IMG/VR virus record: IMGVR_UViG_3300021093_000007
Length of the DNA: 64,000 bases
Direction: 5' to 3' (one strand)
DNA from: a virus
Part shown: in pieces, positions 1-10,639 of the stretch
How the letters are laid out: every line of letters starts with the position of its first letter
Numbering within the stretch: position 1 is the stretch's first letter
Position numbers and translations under genes: made by a program
Notes under the pieces: model-generated
Told to the model about the DNA's origin: nothing
Databases searched by the model: none
The model's input: the letters and a program-made list of their open reading frames with translations, nothing else

Positions 1-1
1 T

Positions 2-3000
2 AAAGGTTTTGATTATACTGATGAACCAAAAATTACAATTTCAGGTGGAAACGGAACTGGAGCGGAAGCAAAGGCGAATTTATCTAGAATTATCCATTCA
101 GTATCTTTTAATGCTGGTAGTTTATATGATCAGGTTAATTTAACGAATAATTCTATTGGATTTACAACATACCATAAATTTAGAAATTTTGAAAAAATAA
201 TTTATAATTCACAAAATCAAACTAAAATTGGCAATCTGGTTGACGATGCGATTTATTTTGTCAACATAATTGATCCTGTTCGTATAAAATTACATAACAC
301 TTTAGATGATGCCATTTCTGGTATTAATACTGTTACTTTTGGATCTTACGGAGAAGGTCTCCAAAAATTAACATCTACAGATAGAAAAAAAGTTATATCC
401 TCAATTGAAGTAATTAATCCTGGAAAAGGATATAGCAATAAAACTTTATTCTTTAATGGTGACTCAATCAATTTATTTGATAATACAATTACAATTCTAA
501 ATCATGGTTATTCAGAAAAAGAAACTATATTATTTGATACTGATGGAATTTTACCAGTAGGTCTTTCGACTAATTCTGAGTATTTTATTAATGTTATTAA
601 TAAAAATACATTTAGAGTTGCTTCTGTTAACCCTGTAGGAGTTGGAAGCACAATATCAAATGATTATAATTATGTAAACAAAAGATTTATTGATTTTTCA
701 GATGTTGGTTCAGGGCAGCATTCTATAAAGTATCAACCAATTAATATAAAAATTGAATCTCCAATTGGAGTTACTACTTTTGCTGGTCAAGATTTTAATG
801 CCAGAATCAGACCAATTTTTACTGGAGCGATACAATCAATCTCCATGAAAAATATTGGTGACAATTATGGCGACCCAAATGTTGTAAACTATAATCGTCA
901 ACCAAATATAACACTATTAAATGGTGAAAATGGACAAATTAGTGTAATTGTATCATCACAAGGCAAAATAATTGGTGCGATTGTAAATAACCCAGGTTCA
1001 AATTATAATTCACCACCTTTGCTAGAAGTTATTGGTTCTGGATTTGGTGCTATTTTGGTTCCAGTAATATTAAATGGAGCAATTGTTGACGTAAAAATTA
1101 TTGAAAGTGGATTTGGATACAATCAAGTAAATACTATTATTAAAGTAATACCTACAGGAAATGGTGCTAGATTTGAAGCTAAAGTTAAATCTTGGACTAT
1201 TAACATAGTTGAAAGATTATTCCAGTCAGATCAGGTAAATAATGATGATGGAATAGTAAGCAATCCTCTTGCATCAGAGAAAGGATTGCAATTTGTTCAT
1301 GCTTACGCTGCTAGAGAACTTAGAAGAAAACTTCTATCAACATCATTAGATATTTTGGGTAATAAAGTCTATAGAGCAGACATAGACAATGAAAGTAATG
1401 TCACAAAATATCATTCTCCTATTATCGGATGGGCTTACGATGGTAACCCAATTTATGGACCTTATGGTTATGCCGACAAGGAAGGTGGTGCAGTTGTAAG
1501 ACTTCGTAGTGGATATGAACTAAAGTTAAAAGGATATAGACCATCTACAGCGTCTTTCCCTCCTGGATATTTTGTTCAAGATTATGAATTTACAAATAAT
1601 GGTGATTTAGACATACACAATGGAAGATATTGCAAAACTCCAGAATTTCCAAATGGAACTTATGCATATTTTGCAACTGTAAATACATTAAAAGATGCGT
1701 CTGGACCATTTAATGGATATTTAAAACCAATATTTCCATACATTGTTGGAGATACGTTTAAATCTAAACCGATTGAATATAATTTTGATCAATATTCAAA
1801 CTTATCCTTTGTCAATTTAAATAAAACTGGTTGGATTAGATTTACAAGTCCATTAGGATTACTTTTAAATAAAACAAAATATCAAGGGTTCATTCAACCA
1901 GATACTTTTAGTAAAGGATTTACTGAAGTTAATAGTATTAGTCCTGGTGAACTAACAGAACTCCAAATAATTTCTCCTGGAGATAATTATTCAATACAGG
2001 ATAATATATTCTTTAACAGTCAAGGAACAGGAGGTTCTGGAGCATACGCTAGAATTTCAGAAATTAAAGGTAGAGATGTAGATTCTATCTCATATAGCTT
2101 TAGTAAATTAGTTGATGTGGAGTTTACTCCTTTTGGGTCTAGTGGAAGGTATGTAGGATTTGCTAGCACTTCCCACTCTTTAATAAATGGTGACATTGTA
2201 TCTGTTCAAAATTTAAATATTTTATCTACAGAATTTGCATCAATTTATACAGTTGGCATATCTACAAATACTCTTACATTATCATCAAGCATAGGTAATG
2301 ATGGACAAACTGGAATAGTCACATATTTAAATGTTTCTGGTAATCTAAATTTTCCTATTTTATCTGTAAATGATGTTTATAAAATTGAATCGGAAAAATT
2401 CAAGATTATAAACGTATATCCACAAGATTCTAGAATTAAAGTTTATAGATCATTTAGTGGATCCGTATCAGCTGCACATACTTCAGGTGATGATATAGTA
2501 GAACTGAGTAGAAAATTTACTTTTAATAGTGGTTTTAGTACATCAACAGAATATCGTTTAAACAGTGAATATTACTTTGATCCTAGGGAATCTGCAATAA
2601 TTCCATCTGAAAATCTAATACTATATTCAACTCCAGTTCCACCATCTCTTGTCCCATCTGCTTGGGATTATTATACTTCAGGAATAGGAACTGGAACTGT
2701 AGAATATTTTAGTGCTGTTTCTCCAGATGGTTCAACTAATGCTGCAAAAGTTTCTTTTGCTTCAACCACTGGAGCATCTGATGCATTTGGATTAAAATTT
2801 GAACCTGTTTCATTATCATCAGATTTTAATACATTTTCAGTATTTTTAAGAGGACACACTGGAAATGAGCAGATTTATTTTATTTTAGATGATGGATCTT
2901 TATATTATTCACAACTAGTAACACTAAGTTCAGATTGGAAAAGATATAGTCTTACCGCTCAAACTGGTGCTGGAACTCATAGAATAAGAATTGGAACATT

Positions 3001-6000
3001 TGGTACACAAGGTCTTACTTTAAATTCATCACCAACAGTGTATGTATGGGGTGCTCAAGTTGAACTTGGAAAACTAACTAGTAGTTATTATGAAACTTCG
3101 GGAAGTGCATTAACAAGAGCATCTAAAAAGTCTGGATTATTGTTCTTTAGTAATCCTGGAGTAACTCAGAAAAAAGGAATACAAACAATTGTAAATACAT
3201 TTTATTTACCAAATCATGGTTTCAAAACTGGTGATAAAGTAAAATATAACGTTGGGCATGGATATACTGGTGTTCGCGTTTCTTATGCGGCAACAACAAC
3301 ACCACTTTTAGATTCTCAGGACTTATATGTTGCAACATATGATAATGATTTTATTGGTGTTTCCACTCAAAGAATAGGAATTGGTAGTACTGGTGGATTT
3401 GTTGGAATTGGTTCTGATGTTCTAGAATTGTTTAGGATTGCAGACTATGGAACTGGAGAGGTTCATAGTATTAAGACTAATTTACCATTAACTATTCGTG
3501 GAGACGTTTATAAGAAAACCGCCACTGTTATAACAAATAGAGAGCATGGTCTTACAAGTGGAGACGAAGTTAACATTAAGGTTACTTCTGGTATTACTAC
3601 AACTTTTGTTATTTCTTATGATGACATTAACAGAAGGATGTTAGTAAATCCAAGAGTATTTGTTGATGTTGCTATTAATTTATCTAGAAATACTATTACA
3701 TTACCAAATCATGGATTTGTAACTGGACAAAAAGTAATTTATAATTCGGCAACACCGTCTTCTGGGTTAATAAATTCAAAAATATATTATGTTATTGTCT
3801 CTGATGACAACACAGTTCTTTTATCTCACTATTATTACGACAAAATTTCATCAAATACTGCAATTGAAATAGTAAATATTGGAACCCAAGCAGCAGGTTC
3901 TATCACACCAGTTAATCCAGAAATATTTGCAACAAAAAATTCAACAATTATTTTTGATTTATCAAGCACTACACTAGCTTCTGGTTCTTTACCCTCATTT
4001 GACTTTAACATTTATTTTGATCCTCTCTTCCAAAAAGAATTTTATACGTCTCCACAAAATACAGGTGCATTTAATTTTAGAAAGAGTGGAACAATCGGAG
4101 AATCAAATGGAAAGGCTGAGTTAATTATAGATGATTTCATTCCAACATCACTATATTATAACTTGACTCCAATCAAATATGCTGGTGCAACAGCAGCAAA
4201 ATTAGAAATTATAAGTGATTCTCTTAACGTTAAAAATCCTAACAAATTATCTGTTGTCGATAGTAAGTTTAATAGAATTACTACAGTTTCTGGTATTACT
4301 TCTAATACTTTTAAATATTCATTAGAACTTACACCAGAAAGATTTAGTTATAATAATTTACAAGCACAAACAACATATTCTACAGCATCTCGCACTGCAA
4401 TAGGACCTGTTGCTAAAATTAGTATTGATTCTGGAGGTAGAAATTATGTAAGACTACCAAATGTGACCCAAATTGTAAGTGGACTTGGAACTGCAGCTCT
4501 ATTTTTACCAAGAAGTAAAACTATTGGTAAAGTTAATGGTGTTGTTTTAACTGACATTGGATTTGATTACCCATCAGATAAAACATTAAGACCTCTTGCA
4601 AATTTTCCATACACATATAAAATTGAACCACTATCAAAATTTAAAAGAATTCAAATAGTTACTCCTGGGGTAAACTATTTTGTTGCTCCACAACTTGCAG
4701 TTGTTGATGGATTTACAGGAAGAGTAAATACTGAAGTTTCTCTTGAATATGAAATTGGAGATACTGAGGTAACAATTATAAGAAATACAACAGGTTTGTA
4801 TAACGTAACACCAAAAATATTACCAATTAATAATCCAAATGGAATAAGAATTGAAAATATTGTATTTGATCCAGGAACTTTAAATGTCACAGTTTCTTTT
4901 GCTGTAACATTTGCATCATCACAAGATTATCCATTCATTGTTGGTGAAAAAATAATTGTAGAAAATACAAATATTGATGCCAATTTTGGTGGTAGAGGAT
5001 ATAATTCTGCTGCTTATGATTACAGGTTGTTTAGAATTACAGCAGCAAATCCAGACATTGGTGGCGATAATCCAACTTTAACGTTTAATTTAACTGGATT
5101 TTTAAACCCTGGAGAAGAACCAGGTATTTTTGATAGTTTTGAATCTTTTGGTACAGCGACTCCAGAGGCATATTTTCCAGAATTTGATGTTGATTTGGAA
5201 AAAGATAGTTTTAGAAATGGGGAAATAATCGTAGCCCAAGATGGAAATGTTGGTGTCGTTCAATCTTATGACCGAAGAAATGAATTTTTAAAAATAAGAT
5301 CTAAAAAAATATTTAAGGTAGATGACCTTGTGATTGGAGCATCTTCTCAAAACAAAGGTCTTATATCGTCTGTTGATGGTATTACTGCAAAATACTTAAT
5401 TGAATCCAATAGTATTACTAAAAAAGGTTGGTTAAGAGAGACAGGAAAACTCAATCAATCTTTCCAAAGAATACATGATAATGATTATTATCAATATTTT
5501 TCATATTCTGTTAGGTCTCCAATTGAATATCAAGTTTGGAATCCGTTAGTAAGTAATTTAATACATACTGCAGGATTTAAGAAATTTAGTGAATTAACAA
5601 TTGATTCATATGATCCAAATGTTGCTGGAATGTCCACAGCACAAAATTTAAATGCACTAATAGCTATTTCCGATCTAACAGAAGTTGTTGACTTAAATTC
5701 TGTAAAAGATTTTGATATTGCTAGAGAAAAAAGTATTCAAGTAGAAAATACTTTAATATCAAATGAAATTTTATTTAATTTACCATTTTTAGCACAATAT
5801 CAAGAATTTATAGGAAATAGAGTTTTAACAATTGATGATTTTAGCGATGAATTTAATGGAGTTAACAGGGGATTTGGATTAAAATCTGGAGGTTTTCCAA
5901 TATTTGAGGTTTCTTTTAATGGAAGTGATTCTACTAAACTTGAATTTGGTGATGGGACAATAAATCTTGGAAATCACTTTTTTGTTAGTGGAGAAGAAGT

Positions 6001-9000
6001 TGAATACATTCCACCAAATAATGATTTTGCAAACGCTATTAAAATTGCGCCATCAGATTTTGGTTCTGGAATTGGAGTAACAAATCTTTTACCTTCTAAG
6101 TTTATTATAATTAAGCAAGACAATCAAAAAGTAAGAGTTGCAACTTCAGCAACAAATGCGCTATTGTTTAACCCTATTGGAGTTGCAATTACAGCAGTTG
6201 GAATTGGTAGCACCCATTTATTCAAATCAATATCTCCAAATAATAGACTTTTAATTACAATTAACGGCACTATTCAATCACCATTAGTTGGAACTGCATA
6301 TACAATAGCAACTACTTCTAGTGTTGGGATAGGAACAACTAACATTGACGTTGTTGGAGTTACATCTATTTTTAGTGGTGATTTGATTCAAATTGACGAT
6401 GAAATCATGTTAGTTTCTGCCGTCAATTCAACCACTAATGTATTGAATGTTAAAAGAGCATGGATGGGATCTACAGAAGATACCCATGCAAGTAATGCTG
6501 TAATTACTAAATTTGTCGGAAATTATAATGTTTTAGATAATAGACTACATTTTTCTGAACCAATGTGGGGTAATTTACCAATTGGATTTGGAACTACCGC
6601 AACATCTGCTGGAGATATTGACTATACTGGATTAACAACTAGTTCTAGATTTAGTGGAAGAGTATTTTTAAGATCAGCATTAAATCAATCAATTACAACT
6701 AGTTTTATAAAAGCCTATGATAATAATTATGTTTTTGATGATATATCAAATCAATTCAATGGTATTACAACAACCTTTACATTAAAATATCAAGGTAACG
6801 ATATTGATAATATTACATCTAGTAATACTCTAATCTTAATAAATGATATCTTCCAAGGACCTCAAAGATTAGGAAATGTCCTTACAAACATTCCTGGGGA
6901 CTATAAACTTATTGCTGGTGGAGGACAATTACAAGTAGGATTTAGTGGTCCAGTCGCGGATCCAACATTAACAAATGATATTAATGTAAACAGCACTCCT
7001 AGAGGTGGAATTATCGTCAGTGTTGGATCCACAGAGGGATTTGGATATCAACCATTAGTTGCTGCTGGTGGAACCGCGTTGGTATCTACAGCAGGAACAA
7101 TATCTCAAATATCTATAGGTAATTCTGGTTCTGGTTACAGATCAGGATTACAAACAGTAAGAGTTGGGATTCAAACCTTTAGTTATGGATCTGCAGATAT
7201 AACTTACATTGGAATTGCTTCAGTCTTAAATGGGCATGTAATTGGTGTTGCAATAACTAATCCAAAAGTATTTTATGCTCCAAGAGAAGTTGCCAACATT
7301 GGTTATAGTTCTATTACTGGTGTTACTACAGTAACAACTTCAACTCCACACGGATTGCGGTTAGGTGAAGAAGTATCAGTAGTTGGAGCAGCATTCACAT
7401 GTGATTACTATCCTCCAATTGGAGTAAGCACGGCAGTATATAATAATACAACTGGTATAATGACAGTTACTACTGTTGGCATAACAACTCTAAATGTTGC
7501 TAACTTTACATACGATAACACAACTGGATTATCTACTATTGTTACTACACAACCCCATAAATTAATAACACAAACGGCAATTGGTAGAAGTTTTAGTCTT
7601 TCTGGATTAGCATTAACATGCGTTGGTTACGGGCAAACTTTTGCAGTTTATAATTTTATTTACGATGAAACAACTGGATTATCCACAGTGTTTACTGTTG
7701 GAAATCATGGGTTAAGTTCAGGTGATAATTTTAAAATGAGAGAACTAGAGTTCTCTTGTACAGGTCCTTCAGGAGTAACTACAACAATATTCCCAGATGG
7801 AACTCAGGGTTATTTCTTTACTGTTAATACTGGTACAGAAGTTGGAGCAACAACATCTTTTACTGTTAATGTTGGTCCATCTACCATACCACATACTTAT
7901 GTTTCTGGTGGTGTAATTCAAGTTGGTATTAATACCGACATATTCCCTGGTGACTCAATAGTATCACCTTTAGGAAATACATTTAAAGTTCTTTCTGCAC
8001 CAGATTCTTATACACTCACATTTAATTCTGGAATATCTACAATTCCACATTCATATGTAAGTGGTGGAACTTTAACTCTTGGACATAAGTTAAAAGTTGG
8101 AACTGACGTAATTCTAACGGGATTGGGATTCACAAGTGCTCTTGGGATAGTCACACACCCAAATACAAATACTACAGATTATTGTGGAACTCAAGTAACT
8201 AGAATTAATAATATAAGTGAATTTGAACTTAATGTTGGAATTGGATCTACCACATTAGATTATGTGTCTGGAGGAACTGTTGAAGAAATTATCATTGCTC
8301 CTAGACAAATTAACAATTCTCCTACGGGACAAGACCCAGCAGCAAATGGAACGGGAATAGTTAAAATAGTTGATGATTATACATTTATCATTAATTCTGG
8401 AACATCACCATATACTCATTTTTATAAAAAATGTGGAAAGGTTACCAAACCTATTGACGTTGTATTTGACAGTCCTTTAAATTATTATAATATTCCACTA
8501 ATTTATAAACAGGGTGTAGTTGGATTTGGAACTGGTGCCACTGTTGATTTGGTTCCAAGTCAAGATAGCACAATTTTAAACTTTGAATTAAATAATTTTG
8601 GTTATGGGTATGGTTCTGGTGAAACATTAACTGTTGCTATTGGAGGAACAACAGGAATTCCAACTACTGGAATTTCAACATTCAATCATTTTGAACTTAC
8701 AATTGATAGAACTTATCAAAGTAAATTCTCTGGATGGAATGTTGGTGAATTTATTGTACTTGATGACATTTCAGACTTTTTTAACGGAAGAAGAAGATTA
8801 TTCCCATTAACTGTAAATGGGGAAAGTATATCATTCTTTGCTAGAGCAAACTCTGGAATTAATTTACAATCAAATTTACTTGTGTTCATAAATGATACTT
8901 TACAAACTCCAGGAGAAGGATACCAATTTAATGGAGGAAGTACATTAAGATTTACGGAAGCACCAAAAGGATTGGTATCTGGTTTTAGTACAACTGGTGA

Positions 9001-10606
9001 TACAGCTAAACTTTTAATGTATACTGGAACTCAAAACATTGACGTTAAAACCGTTGATGTTTTACCTAGTGTTAAAGTTGGTGATGATGTTCAACTGTAT
9101 AGTGATATTGATGAAACATTTACAGAAGAAAGAAGACTTGTAATGGATATTATATCTGCAGATAAAATCATTACTAATAACTATGGTGGTCAAGGTGTTA
9201 CTCTTAATGAACTGTTCTCCAGACCAATTAGTTGGTTTAAACAAACTGTAGATAAAATTATAGACAATGAATTTGTTGGTAAAGATAGAGTATATTATGA
9301 ACCAGCAATTAGTCCAAACACAAATATTATTGAATCTATTGGAATTGGATCCACTTATGTTTTTGTCTATAGTATTAGACCATTATTTGATGATTCTTAT
9401 GAAGGTATACCTCTTGAGGAAAGGTCTATTGTTCAAATACTTAGCCAGGATAATTTAGAGTCTGCAACTGCAAGAGCAACTCTAGGATCTGGTGGATCAG
9501 TAACTAGTGTACTAATAACAAACCCTGGGTATGGATATACAATTGCACCTCAAGTAACAATACAAAAACCATATGGATTTGGGACTAATGCTACAGCAAC
9601 TGCTACAATTGGTACTGGAGGATCTATTACTTCAATATCAGTTGGAACTGGTGGAACAAATTATTTTTATGGTCCACTAGATTCAATTACAATAACGCAA
9701 CAAGGTAGTGGATTCCCACCATTGAGTCCTGGTAATAACACTTTCTACAAGGCTAGGTTAAAATCAGAAACTGGAATTGGTAGAGGAGCAACTGCTGATA
9801 TACAAATCAGCATCTTAAACTTTAACATATCTTCTGTCAACGTTATTGACAACGGTGCAAACTATGCTGTTGGAGATATTGTTTATGTTGATACCTTTGA
9901 CAATGTTGGATTGGCAACGACTTCTAGAAAATGGGCATTAAAATCACCAATGAAGTTTACAGTTGCCTCCATTTTACCGCCTGAAGTTTTAATCGCACCT
10001 CCAGCAAGAAAGGTTGAAGATGTAATTAGAGTATCTTATGAAGGAGATTATGGAATTGTAGTTGGCGTTGCAACAACATCTTGCTCTGGCGTTACTACAT
10101 GCTTAAGTCTAGAATTTGATTTATTCATACCATTAGATTCTAGAATAAGAACAAGTTTGAATATATCTCAAACTGGAATTACAACAGGATACTTATTCAA
10201 TGTTGTTGGATCTAATTTTGGAGTTGCACCTCAAGCATCACTACGAAGTGATGGTTCTATTTTAGGTATATCATCTCAATTTGCAGATATGACATTTGAA
10301 TGCACAGATTGGTATACAAAATCTGCAATTATACCACCTGGAATTAGCGGATTAGCATCAACTGTTGGAATTGCGACTACGGTTACAACTGTAGTTGTAA
10401 AAGTTCTCAATAGTCCTTTAAGTGGTATTGTTGGTTTTGCTACAACAGCATTTTATGGACATTACACTTGGGGTAAGATTAACATGCCTGTTAGAATTGG
10501 ACCTGGAACTTTCTCGGCACAGCATGATACAAGACAATCAGGAATATCAACAAATCCAATAATAAAAAGAAAGAACCCATTAAAATATTTGGGTTACATT
10601 AGCTGA
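2..10606 (+). CDS. gp7: Giant baseplate wedge/structural protein (gp7-like of T4-like cyanophages), 5'-truncated by the window edge
   Basis: The frame of ORF 845..10606 reads open from position 2 (KGFDYTDEPKITISGGNGTGAEAKA...), so the true start is upstream of the window. It has repeated NPGxGY beta modules, a YHYH-like block (HSPIIGWAYDGNPIYGPYGY), the HDNDYYQYFSYSVRS...LIHTAGFKKFS wedge motif, and lies directly before gp8. Confidence 0.8.
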   Translation, partial: KGFDYTDEPKITISGGNGTGAEAKANLSRIIHSVSFNAGSLYDQVNLTNNSIGFTTYHKFRNFEKIIYNSQNQTKIGNLVDDAIYFVNIIDPVRIKLHNTLDDAISGINTVTFGSYGEGLQKLTSTDRKKVISSIEVINPGKGYSNKTLFFNGDSINLFDNTITILNHGYSEKETILFDTDGILPVGLSTNSEYFINVINKNTFRVASVNPVGVGSTISNDYNYVNKRFIDFSDVGSGQHSIKYQPINIKIESPIGVTTFAGQDFNARIRPIFTGAIQSISMKNIGDNYGDPNVVNYNRQPNITLLNGENGQISVIVSSQGKIIGAIVNNPGSNYNSPPLLEVIGSGFGAILVPVILNGAIVDVKIIESGFGYNQVNTIIKVIPTGNGARFEAKVKSWTINIVERLFQSDQVNNDDGIVSNPLASEKGLQFVHAYAARELRRKLLSTSLDILGNKVYRADIDNESNVTKYHSPIIGWAYDGNPIYGPYGYADKEGGAVVRLRSGYELKLKGYRPSTASFPPGYFVQDYEFTNNGDLDIHNGRYCKTPEFPNGTYAYFATVNTLKDASGPFNGYLKPIFPYIVGDTFKSKPIEYNFDQYSNLSFVNLNKTGWIRFTSPLGLLLNKTKYQGFIQPDTFSKGFTEVNSISPGELTELQIISPGDNYSIQDNIFFNSQGTGGSGAYARISEIKGRDVDSISYSFSKLVDVEFTPFGSSGRYVGFASTSHSLINGDIVSVQNLNILSTEFASIYTVGISTNTLTLSSSIGNDGQTGIVTYLNVSGNLNFPILSVNDVYKIESEKFKIINVYPQDSRIKVYRSFSGSVSAAHTSGDDIVELSRKFTFNSGFSTSTEYRLNSEYYFDPRESAIIPSENLILYSTPVPPSLVPSAWDYYTSGIGTGTVEYFSAVSPDGSTNAAKVSFASTTGASDAFGLKFEPVSLSSDFNTFSVFLRGHTGNEQIYFILDDGSLYYSQLVTLSSDWKRYSLTAQTGAGTHRIRIGTFGTQGLTLNSSPTVYVWGAQVELGKLTSSYYETSGSALTRASKKSGLLFFSNPGVTQKKGIQTIVNTFYLPNHGFKTGDKVKYNVGHGYTGVRVSYAATTTPLLDSQDLYVATYDNDFIGVSTQRIGIGSTGGFVGIGSDVLELFRIADYGTGEVHSIKTNLPLTIRGDVYKKTATVITNREHGLTSGDEVNIKVTSGITTTFVISYDDINRRMLVNPRVFVDVAINLSRNTITLPNHGFVTGQKVIYNSATPSSGLINSKIYYVIVSDDNTVLLSHYYYDKISSNTAIEIVNIGTQAAGSITPVNPEIFATKNSTIIFDLSSTTLASGSLPSFDFNIYFDPLFQKEFYTSPQNTGAFNFRKSGTIGESNGKAELIIDDFIPTSLYYNLTPIKYAGATAAKLEIISDSLNVKNPNKLSVVDSKFNRITTVSGITSNTFKYSLELTPERFSYNNLQAQTTYSTASRTAIGPVAKISIDSGGRNYVRLPNVTQIVSGLGTAALFLPRSKTIGKVNGVVLTDIGFDYPSDKTLRPLANFPYTYKIEPLSKFKRIQIVTPGVNYFVAPQLAVVDGFTGRVNTEVSLEYEIGDTEVTIIRNTTGLYNVTPKILPINNPNGIRIENIVFDPGTLNVTVSFAVTFASSQDYPFIVGEKIIVENTNIDANFGGRGYNSAAYDYRLFRITAANPDIGGDNPTLTFNLTGFLNPGEEPGIFDSFESFGTATPEAYFPEFDVDLEKDSFRNGEIIVAQDGNVGVVQSYDRRNEFLKIRSKKIFKVDDLVIGASSQNKGLISSVDGITAKYLIESNSITKKGWLRETGKLNQSFQRIHDNDYYQYFSYSVRSPIEYQVWNPLVSNLIHTAGFKKFSELTIDSYDPNVAGMSTAQNLNALIAISDLTEVVDLNSVKDFDIAREKSIQVENTLISNEILFNLPFLAQYQEFIGNRVLTIDDFSDEFNGVNRGFGLKSGGFPIFEVSFNGSDSTKLEFGDGTINLGNHFFVSGEEVEYIPPNNDFANAIKIAPSDFGSGIGVTNLLPSKFIIIKQDNQKVRVATSATNALLFNPIGVAITAVGIGSTHLFKSISPNNRLLITINGTIQSPLVGTAYTIATTSSVGIGTTNIDVVGVTSIFSGDLIQIDDEIMLVSAVNSTTNVLNVKRAWMGSTEDTHASNAVITKFVGNYNVLDNRLHFSEPMWGNLPIGFGTTATSAGDIDYTGLTTSSRFSGRVFLRSALNQSITTSFIKAYDNNYVFDDISNQFNGITTTFTLKYQGNDIDNITSSNTLILINDIFQGPQRLGNVLTNIPGDYKLIAGGGQLQVGFSGPVADPTLTNDINVNSTPRGGIIVSVGSTEGFGYQPLVAAGGTALVSTAGTISQISIGNSGSGYRSGLQTVRVGIQTFSYGSADITYIGIASVLNGHVIGVAITNPKVFYAPREVANIGYSSITGVTTVTTSTPHGLRLGEEVSVVGAAFTCDYYPPIGVSTAVYNNTTGIMTVTTVGITTLNVANFTYDNTTGLSTIVTTQPHKLITQTAIGRSFSLSGLALTCVGYGQTFAVYNFIYDETTGLSTVFTVGNHGLSSGDNFKMRELEFSCTGPSGVTTTIFPDGTQGYFFTVNTGTEVGATTSFTVNVGPSTIPHTYVSGGVIQVGINTDIFPGDSIVSPLGNTFKVLSAPDSYTLTFNSGISTIPHSYVSGGTLTLGHKLKVGTDVILTGLGFTSALGIVTHPNTNTTDYCGTQVTRINNISEFELNVGIGSTTLDYVSGGTVEEIIIAPRQINNSPTGQDPAANGTGIVKIVDDYTFIINSGTSPYTHFYKKCGKVTKPIDVVFDSPLNYYNIPLIYKQGVVGFGTGATVDLVPSQDSTILNFELNNFGYGYGSGETLTVAIGGTTGIPTTGISTFNHFELTIDRTYQSKFSGWNVGEFIVLDDISDFFNGRRRLFPLTVNGESISFFARANSGINLQSNLLVFINDTLQTPGEGYQFNGGSTLRFTEAPKGLVSGFSTTGDTAKLLMYTGTQNIDVKTVDVLPSVKVGDDVQLYSDIDETFTEERRLVMDIISADKIITNNYGGQGVTLNELFSRPISWFKQTVDKIIDNEFVGKDRVYYEPAISPNTNIIESIGIGSTYVFVYSIRPLFDDSYEGIPLEERSIVQILSQDNLESATARATLGSGGSVTSVLITNPGYGYTIAPQVTIQKPYGFGTNATATATIGTGGSITSISVGTGGTNYFYGPLDSITITQQGSGFPPLSPGNNTFYKARLKSETGIGRGATADIQISILNFNISSVNVIDNGANYAVGDIVYVDTFDNVGLATTSRKWALKSPMKFTVASILPPEVLIAPPARKVEDVIRVSYEGDYGIVVGVATTSCSGVTTCLSLEFDLFIPLDSRIRTSLNISQTGITTGYLFNVVGSNFGVAPQASLRSDGSILGISSQFADMTFECTDWYTKSAIIPPGISGLASTVGIATTVTTVVVKVLNSPLSGIVGFATTAFYGHYTWGKINMPVRIGPGTFSAQHDTRQSGISTNPIIKRKNPLKYLGYIS

Positions 10607-10612
10607 TAAATA
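10606..10612 (+). promoter_or_regulatory. T4-type late promoter box (ATAAATA)
   Basis: ATAAATA overlapping the gp7 stop, 27 nt before the gp8 ATG. Confidence 0.6.
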
Positions 10613-10639
10613 AAAGATATAGAAGTCTAAATTCAAAAA

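Noticed and set aside
845-847. ORF-track start of the 3253-aa protein
   Set aside because: The frame is open back to position 2 with the same protein style, so this ATG is internal
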